From positions 5,600,001 to 5,664,000 of the forward strand of contig JASGJH010000001.1 in the NCBI GenBank assembly GCA_047601445.1: a stretch of 64,000 nt of DNA, written 5' to 3'. Position 1 is the stretch's first letter. Every line of letters starts with the position of its first letter. The notes beneath the pieces were generated by a model. It was not told the DNA's origin. It did not search any database and saw nothing but the letters and a program-made list of their open reading frames with translations. Positions 58,435 through 64,000 of the stretch are shown in pieces. The stretch is from Myxococcales bacterium. GTDB lineage: Bacteria; Myxococcota_A; Polyangia; Polyangiales; DASUME01. Both the position numbers and the translations under genes were made by a program.

Positions 58435-60585
58435 ATGCGGCGGACTTGGCTGGGCTTCATGGCCCTGGTGCTGCTCTTCGCGATCGGCTGCAAGGACAAG
58501 AGCGGAAACAGCCACGCGGGGAGCGCGAACGACTCCGGCCCGCTGGTGATCGGCGCGTTCTTCTCCATGACTGGTTCGATGGCCACTTTCGGCATCACCA
58601 GCATTCGCGGCGCGCAGATGGCGGTGGACGAGATCAACGCGGCCGGCGGCATCAAGGGCCGCAAGCTCGAGCTCGCGGTCTTGGATGATCAGGGCAAGAC
58701 CGACGAGGCCACCAGCGCGGTAACGCGCCTGATCGACGTGAGTCACGCGACCGCCATCATCGGCGAGGTCGCCTCCACGCTTTCCCTGGCAGGCGGACGC
58801 ATCGCCCAGCGCCGGCAGATCCCGATGGTCTCGCCCTCGAGCACCAACCCCAAGGTCACCCAGATCGGCGACTACGTGTTCCGGGTGTGTTTCCTGGATC
58901 CGTTCCAGGGCTTCGCCATGGCGAAGTTCGCGCGCGAGCATCTGAAGCTCCACAAGGTCGCGGTGCTGAAGGACGTGCGCAACGACTACTCCATCGGCCT
59001 CAGCCACGCGTTCATCGAGGCGTTCCAGAAGATGGGCGGTGAGATCGTGGCGGTGGAGAGCTACAGCGCGGGCGACACCGAGTACAGCGCTCAGCTCACC
59101 AAGCTCAAGGACACAGGCCTGCAAGGACTCTACGTACCCGGTTACTACACCGAGGTGGGTGCCATCGCGCGCCAGGCGCGTCGCCTGGGCATCACGGTGC
59201 CCATGATGGGCGGCGACGGCTGGGAGAGCCCCGAGCTGCGCAGCATCGGCGGCAAGGACATCGTGGGCTCCTACTTCTCGAACCACTTCGCCCACGACCA
59301 GCCGTCCCCCACGGCCAAGAAGTTCACCAGCGCCTACGAGGCCAAGTTCCACGAACCCACCCCGGCTCTGGCCTCGCTCGGGTACGACGCAGTGATGGTG
59401 ATCGCGGGCGCCATGCAGCGGGCCCCGCAGCTCACGCCCAAGGCCATCCGAGACGCCCTCGCCGAAACCAACGAATTCGCGGCGGTCACCGGCAAGCTCA
59501 CGCTGGACGAGAACCGCAACCCCGTGAAGCCCGCCGTGGTGGTGCGCGTGACCGATGAAGGAGAGGTCTTCGAAGCGGAGATCGCCCCGGGCGGTGCGGC
59601 GCGCAAGGTGGCCGTGGTGAACGCAGGGCCCCAGCTCGGACCGCAGCTGGGAAACAGCGCCCAGGGCAACCGCCTGGCCACCTTCTTTCAGCAGCTGGTC
59701 AACGGCCTCTCGATCGGCTCCATCTACGCGCTGATCGCGCTCGGCTACACCATGGTTTATGGCGTGCTCAAGCTGATCAACTTTGCTCACTCCGAAGTGT
59801 TCATGGTGGGCGGCTTCGCCGGCCTGTTCAGCGCCCTGGGTCTCGGATTCGATCCCGCCAAGCCCGAGTCCTTTGGCGCCGGGCGCGCCCTGCTCGTTCT
59901 GCTTTTGGCCATGATTGCCTGCGCTTTGCTCGGCGTGATCATCGAGCGTTTCGCCTATCGCCCGCTGCGCCATGCCCAGCGGCTAGCACCCTTGATCACT
60001 GCGATCGGTGTCTCGATCTTGCTCCAGAACCTGGGCATCCTGCTGTTCGGCGCCAACCCGCGCTCTTTCCCGATGATCGTGAGTGAGACCCGCTACCAGC
60101 TCGGCGGCGTGGTGCTCACCAACATCAAGCTCATGATCTTCGTGCTCAGCGCGCTCCTGATGCTGGCCCTGCAGTACCTCATCCAGCACACCTGGACCGG
60201 CAAGGCCATGCGGGCGCTGTCGGTGAACCTGGCCGCCGCCAAGCTGATGGGCATCTCGGTGAACCGCGTGATCGCCTTCACCTTCATCGTGGGCTCCGCG
60301 CTGGCCGCGGCGGGCGGCATCCTGTTCGGACTGGACCAGGCCAAGATCGAGCCCCTGATGGGCGTGATGGTGGGCCTGAAGGCCTTCGTGGCGGCCGTGC
60401 TCGGGGGCATCGGCAGCATTCCGGGCGCCGCCGTCGGAGGGGTGTTGATCGGCGTCGCAGAGCAGCTCACGGCGGGTTATCTGTCGGCGGACTACCGCGA
60501 CGCGATCACCTTCGCGATCTTGATCGGGGTGCTCTTGGTGCGGCCACAGGGGTTGTTCGGCAGCGTGAAGATCGAGAAGGTCTGA
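58435..60585 (+). CDS. Branched-chain amino acid ABC transporter: LivK-like binding protein fused to LivH permease
   Basis: Lipobox AIGC; EINAAGGIKGR, FRVCFLDPFQG binding domain; then QQLVNGL..GSIYALIALGYTMVYG..INFAH and AAVLGGIG; no stop between the domains. Confidence 0.88.
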   Translation: MRRTWLGFMALVLLFAIGCKDKSGNSHAGSANDSGPLVIGAFFSMTGSMATFGITSIRGAQMAVDEINAAGGIKGRKLELAVLDDQGKTDEATSAVTRLIDVSHATAIIGEVASTLSLAGGRIAQRRQIPMVSPSSTNPKVTQIGDYVFRVCFLDPFQGFAMAKFAREHLKLHKVAVLKDVRNDYSIGLSHAFIEAFQKMGGEIVAVESYSAGDTEYSAQLTKLKDTGLQGLYVPGYYTEVGAIARQARRLGITVPMMGGDGWESPELRSIGGKDIVGSYFSNHFAHDQPSPTAKKFTSAYEAKFHEPTPALASLGYDAVMVIAGAMQRAPQLTPKAIRDALAETNEFAAVTGKLTLDENRNPVKPAVVVRVTDEGEVFEAEIAPGGAARKVAVVNAGPQLGPQLGNSAQGNRLATFFQQLVNGLSIGSIYALIALGYTMVYGVLKLINFAHSEVFMVGGFAGLFSALGLGFDPAKPESFGAGRALLVLLLAMIACALLGVIIERFAYRPLRHAQRLAPLITAIGVSILLQNLGILLFGANPRSFPMIVSETRYQLGGVVLTNIKLMIFVLSALLMLALQYLIQHTWTGKAMRALSVNLAAAKLMGISVNRVIAFTFIVGSALAAAGGILFGLDQAKIEPLMGVMVGLKAFVAAVLGGIGSIPGAAVGGVLIGVAEQLTAGYLSADYRDAITFAILIGVLLVRPQGLFGSVKIEKV

Positions 60586-61596
60586 ATGGGGATGTGGCTC
60601 AAACGGGCGCTGTTCGCCTCGGTGCTCCTGGCCGCTGCCTACCTGGTGGGAGGGCTGCTCGAAGACAACGTCATCGAGTACGTGGTCCGCATCATCCTGT
60701 TCTGCGGCATCAACAGCATCCTCGCGGTGGGACTCAACCTGATCAACGGCACCACGGGACAGTTCTCCATCGGCCACGCGGGCTTCATGGCGGTGGGGGC
60801 CTACACCACGGCCTTCACGGCCATCCACCTGGAGAACACCCTCTTCCCCTCGCAAGCTGGGCACTTGCCGCTCGGCGACGTGGCCATCGTGTTCACGCTC
60901 TCGCTGCTGGCCGGGGCGCTGCTCTCGAGCTTGAGCGGGCTCGTGGTGGGCGTGCCGAGCTTGCGCCTGCGGGGCGACTATCTGGCCATCGTGACGCTGG
61001 GTTTCGGGGAGATCTTGCGGCTCTTGTTCAACAACGCGAGCTTCCTCGGCGGCGCCACCGGCTACTCGGGCGAGCGCTCGCTCGGGCTGCCCATCTACAC
61101 GAATTTCTTCTGGGTCTTCAGCTGGGCCCTGCTGGTGATCAGCCTGCTCGGGAACCTCACGCACTCGAGCTACGGGCGGGCCCTCAGAGCCATTCGCGAC
61201 GACGAGATCGCGGCCGAGGCCTGCGGCATCCCCACCACCCGCTTCAAGGTGTTGGCCTTCGTGATCAGCGCGGCGGCGGCGGGCATCGCGGGCGGGCTGT
61301 TCGCGCACCTGCAGAGCACCATCCGCCCGGACGACTTCAAGTTCGATCGCTCCATCGACATGATCGTGATGATCATCGTAGGGGGCCTCGGCAGCGTCAC
61401 TGGAGCCATCGTGGGCGCCGTCTTCGTGGGCATCACGCTCGAGCTCACGCGTGACCTGCAGCAGTATCGCCTGGTGATCTACGCGCTGCTGTTGATCCTG
61501 TTGATGGTTTTCCGTCCCCAGGGTTTGCTCGGACATCACGAACTCCACGTGGTGCGCTACGTGAAGCGCCTGGTGCGCGGGGGGCAGGCGGCCTGA
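60586..61596 (+). CDS. livM: Branched-chain amino acid ABC transporter permease LivM
   Basis: GLNLING.TGQFSIGHAGF, LRLRGDYLAIVTLGFGEI, AIRDDEIAA. Confidence 0.93.
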   Translation: MGMWLKRALFASVLLAAAYLVGGLLEDNVIEYVVRIILFCGINSILAVGLNLINGTTGQFSIGHAGFMAVGAYTTAFTAIHLENTLFPSQAGHLPLGDVAIVFTLSLLAGALLSSLSGLVVGVPSLRLRGDYLAIVTLGFGEILRLLFNNASFLGGATGYSGERSLGLPIYTNFFWVFSWALLVISLLGNLTHSSYGRALRAIRDDEIAAEACGIPTTRFKVLAFVISAAAAGIAGGLFAHLQSTIRPDDFKFDRSIDMIVMIIVGGLGSVTGAIVGAVFVGITLELTRDLQQYRLVIYALLLILLMVFRPQGLLGHHELHVVRYVKRLVRGGQAA

Positions 61597-62396
61597 TGCT
61601 GCTTTCCCTGCACGACGTGACCAAGTCCTTCGGCGGCCTGAAGGCCATCGGCGGTGTGAGCTTCGAGGTGGAAGCGAAGCAGATCTTCGGCCTGATCGGG
61701 CCGAACGGGGCGGGCAAGACCACGCTCTTCAACTGCATCACCGGACACTATCGGCCCGACACGGGCGACGTGCGCTTCCAGGGGCAGTCCCTGGTGGGCA
61801 AGAAGCCCTTCCAGATCGCGCTGGCCGGGGTGGCGCGGACCTTCCAGAATGTGCGTTTGTTCGGCGAGATGAGCGTGCGGGAGAACGTGCTGGTGGCCGC
61901 CCATCATCAGACGCGCTCGGGCGTGTTCGGCGCCATGGTGCGTAGCAACGTGTACCGCGCGGACGAAGCTGCTCTCCGGGCGCGCGCCGACGAATTGCTC
62001 GAGATTTTCAGCCTGCGTGAGCTGTGCGAGGAACGCGCGAACTCCCTGCCCTACGGCTCCCAGCGCCGACTCGAGATCGCTCGCGCGCTGATGCTGGAGC
62101 CCAAGCTGCTCTTGCTCGACGAGCCGGCCGCGGGGCTGAACTCGAGCGAAGCCGACAAGCTCAAGGAGCAGATCAAGTGGCTGCGCGAGCGCTTCGCGCT
62201 GACGATCGTGCTGGTGGAGCACAACATGCAGGTGGTGATGGGTGCCTGCGAGCGTGTGCACTGCGTGGATCACGGCGAGACCATCGCCGCCGGCACACCA
62301 GCCGAGATCCAGAGTCATCCCGCCGTGCTCTCGGCGTACCTGGGAGAAGACCCATTGGCAGCGCGCGCCGTGCGCCCAGGAGGCGCCGATGGCTGA
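61596..62396 (+). CDS. livG: Branched-chain amino acid ABC transporter ATPase LivG
   Basis: GPNGAGKT, RTFQN, LPYGSQRRLEIARAL, DEPAAG. Confidence 0.93.
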   Translation: MLLSLHDVTKSFGGLKAIGGVSFEVEAKQIFGLIGPNGAGKTTLFNCITGHYRPDTGDVRFQGQSLVGKKPFQIALAGVARTFQNVRLFGEMSVRENVLVAAHHQTRSGVFGAMVRSNVYRADEAALRARADELLEIFSLRELCEERANSLPYGSQRRLEIARALMLEPKLLLLDEPAAGLNSSEADKLKEQIKWLRERFALTIVLVEHNMQVVMGACERVHCVDHGETIAAGTPAEIQSHPAVLSAYLGEDPLAARAVRPGGADG

Positions 62397-63111
62397 GCTG
62401 GCCCTCGAAGTGAAGGATTTGGTGGTGTCCTACGGCGGCATTCGCGCCGTGAAGGGCATCTCCTTGAGCGTGCAGGCCGGGGAGATTGTGGCGCTGCTCG
62501 GGTCCAACGGTGCGGGCAAGACCAGCACGCTGCGCGGGATCGTGCAGCTGGTGAAGGGCCAGGGCCAGGTGCGCGTGTTCGGCAAGGACGTGGGCGCGCT
62601 GGAGACCAACCAGGTGGCCGCGCTCGGGGTGGCTCTGGTGCCCGAAGGGCGCGGGGTGTTCACGGGCATGTCGGTGCGCGAGAACCTGGAGCTCGGGGCT
62701 TACGTGAAGCGTGAGCCGCGCGGCATGGCCGAGCGCATGGGCCGCGTGATGAAGCTGTTCCCACGGCTCGGCGAGCGCCTGCAGCAGGATGCCGGCACGC
62801 TGAGCGGCGGCGAGCAGCAAATGCTGGCCATCGGGCGCGCGTTGATGGCGGACCCGCGCATCATCTTGCTGGACGAGCCGTCGCTCGGTCTGGCACCCAA
62901 GCTGGTAGGGGAGATCTTCGCCGCCATCCGCGAGATCGCCGCCTCGGGCCTCACCATCATGTTGGTGGAACAGAACACGCGGCTCGCGCTGGAGACCGCC
63001 GCGCGGGCCTACGTGCTGGTCACGGGCGAGATGGTCTTGAGCGGCGACGCCAAGCAGTTGCGGGACGACCCACGCATCAAGGCAGCGTACCTGGGTGGCG
63101 CCATTGAATAG
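62389..63111 (+). CDS. livF: Branched-chain amino acid ABC transporter ATPase LivF
   Basis: GSNGAGKT, VPEGRGVF, LSGGEQQMLAIGRAL, DEPSLGLAP. Confidence 0.93.
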   Translation: MAELALEVKDLVVSYGGIRAVKGISLSVQAGEIVALLGSNGAGKTSTLRGIVQLVKGQGQVRVFGKDVGALETNQVAALGVALVPEGRGVFTGMSVRENLELGAYVKREPRGMAERMGRVMKLFPRLGERLQQDAGTLSGGEQQMLAIGRALMADPRIILLDEPSLGLAPKLVGEIFAAIREIAASGLTIMLVEQNTRLALETAARAYVLVTGEMVLSGDAKQLRDDPRIKAAYLGGAIE

Positions 63112-63156
63112 TGTGCAGCCAAAGCTGCCGCCGACGGCCACGTGAGCCTGGTTCAC

Positions 63157-63234
63157 GGGGAGGGCACGCGCCCTCCCCGCCCATCGCGGCAAAGCCGCGC
63201 TGGGACCCATCCCTCCGCGAGGTTCGCTGCGCTC
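63157..63234 (+). repeat. REP-like element copy 4
   Basis: GGGGAGGGC-ACGC-GCCCTCCCC, GCGGC-AAA-GCCGC, CCCATCCCTCCGCGAGGTTCGCTGCGCTC. Confidence 0.9.
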
Positions 63235-63407
63235 ACGAAGTGACGACTCGGCGTTCCGCGGTCCGCCCAGTCGCGGAGGGTCAAAAATGGTTGGGTAGCT
63301 TGCAGAGACACGGAAGAACCGCGAACGAGGCGGTTCCCGTGCGCTCAGTCACCCCGGTAGAATGGCTCCCCGAGGGCCACCGGGCTAAGCCTTGGGCCTG
63401 CGCCAGC

Positions 63408-64000
63408 ATGCAGAACCATCCTTCAGCCAAACGCGATCGAACCGAGGAGGACGAAGACGCCACCTCGATCTTTCGTGGTGAAGAGGGAGACGACGCCACC
63501 TCGATCTTTCGCGGCGACGAAGGAGACGACGCCGAACCGGCGACGGTGATCGTACCGGAGGACATGCTGACCTCCATCCTCGCCGAGACCGATCGCAGGC
63601 TCGCGGAAGAGGCCAACGACAAGACGTTGGTGCGCGACGAGCGGACCTGGATCTCGAGCGAGAGCGACCTGCGGGTCACGCAGCCTCCGCCCTGGGGAGC
63701 GAAGCCTCCGGACGAGCTCACCTCGGTGCTCACCGAGGGCGACATCGAGCTCACGGTCGGGCCCGCCGAGGGCACGTCGATCTTGGCGGACGATGACCTC
63801 GAATTCGCCGAACAGACGCGGGCACCCAGCGCCAGCTACTCCTCGTTCGATCCGCGCTCGCTGCTGTTGGGTCGGACCTTCGGTGGCTTCCGGATCGTGC
63901 GCGAGATGGCCTCGGGCGGCATGGCCTCGGTGTTCCTGGCGCGCAAGGACGGTCCCGGGCGTGTGAGCCAACACGCCGCCATCAAGGTGGTGCACCCGCA
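63408..64000 (+). CDS. Ser/Thr protein kinase with a long acidic N-terminal extension (3'-truncated; absent from the ORF track)
   Basis: Open frame from ATG 63408 to the window end: MQNHPSAK...FGGFRIVREMASGGMASVFLARKDG...AAIKVVHP (kinase subdomains I-II). Confidence 0.85.
   Translation, partial: MQNHPSAKRDRTEEDEDATSIFRGEEGDDATSIFRGDEGDDAEPATVIVPEDMLTSILAETDRRLAEEANDKTLVRDERTWISSESDLRVTQPPPWGAKPPDELTSVLTEGDIELTVGPAEGTSILADDDLEFAEQTRAPSASYSSFDPRSLLLGRTFGGFRIVREMASGGMASVFLARKDGPGRVSQHAAIKVVHP

Overview
High-GC, gene-dense bacterial chromosomal window. It is inferred to come from a myxobacterium (Myxococcota, probably Polyangia) because of a MYXO-CTERM-type sorting tail, Cys-rich and 'DAG'-rich lipoproteins, eukaryote-like Ser/Thr kinases and an FHA-GAF sigma-54 activator. 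It holds about 50 CDSs: a sulfate ABC transporter (cysT-cysW-cysA), corA, a cysE-like acetyltransferase, a queuosine-precursor transporter, rpmB, dcd, a gltP-like symporter, DAHP synthase, greB, a liv-type ABC importer, lipid-modifying enzymes and many secreted lipoproteins. I found no rRNA, tRNA, CRISPR array, transposase or phage genes. The most notable observations are: (1) a CIRCE (HrcA) operator in front of an uncharacterised helical protein; (2) a 4-copy, ~78-bp structured REP-like repeat with compensatory base changes, always just downstream of a stop codon; (3) a sigma-54-driven, MYXO-CTERM-anchored surface protein with a GAIN/ZU5-like H-F-S autoproteolysis motif, plus a paralogue lacking it; (4) an olsA-like / M14 peptidase / olsB-like aminolipid cluster; (5) a substrate-binding protein fused to LivH; (6) a DsbA-parvulin fusion beside a giant Cys-rich secreted protein; (7) a recurring leaderless-mRNA promoter pattern; (8) a ~1 kb intergenic region with a small ORF plus terminator and a long imperfect inverted repeat abutting an HNH gene. 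All calls come from motif reading by eye, no database searches were run, and several start codons are best guesses.
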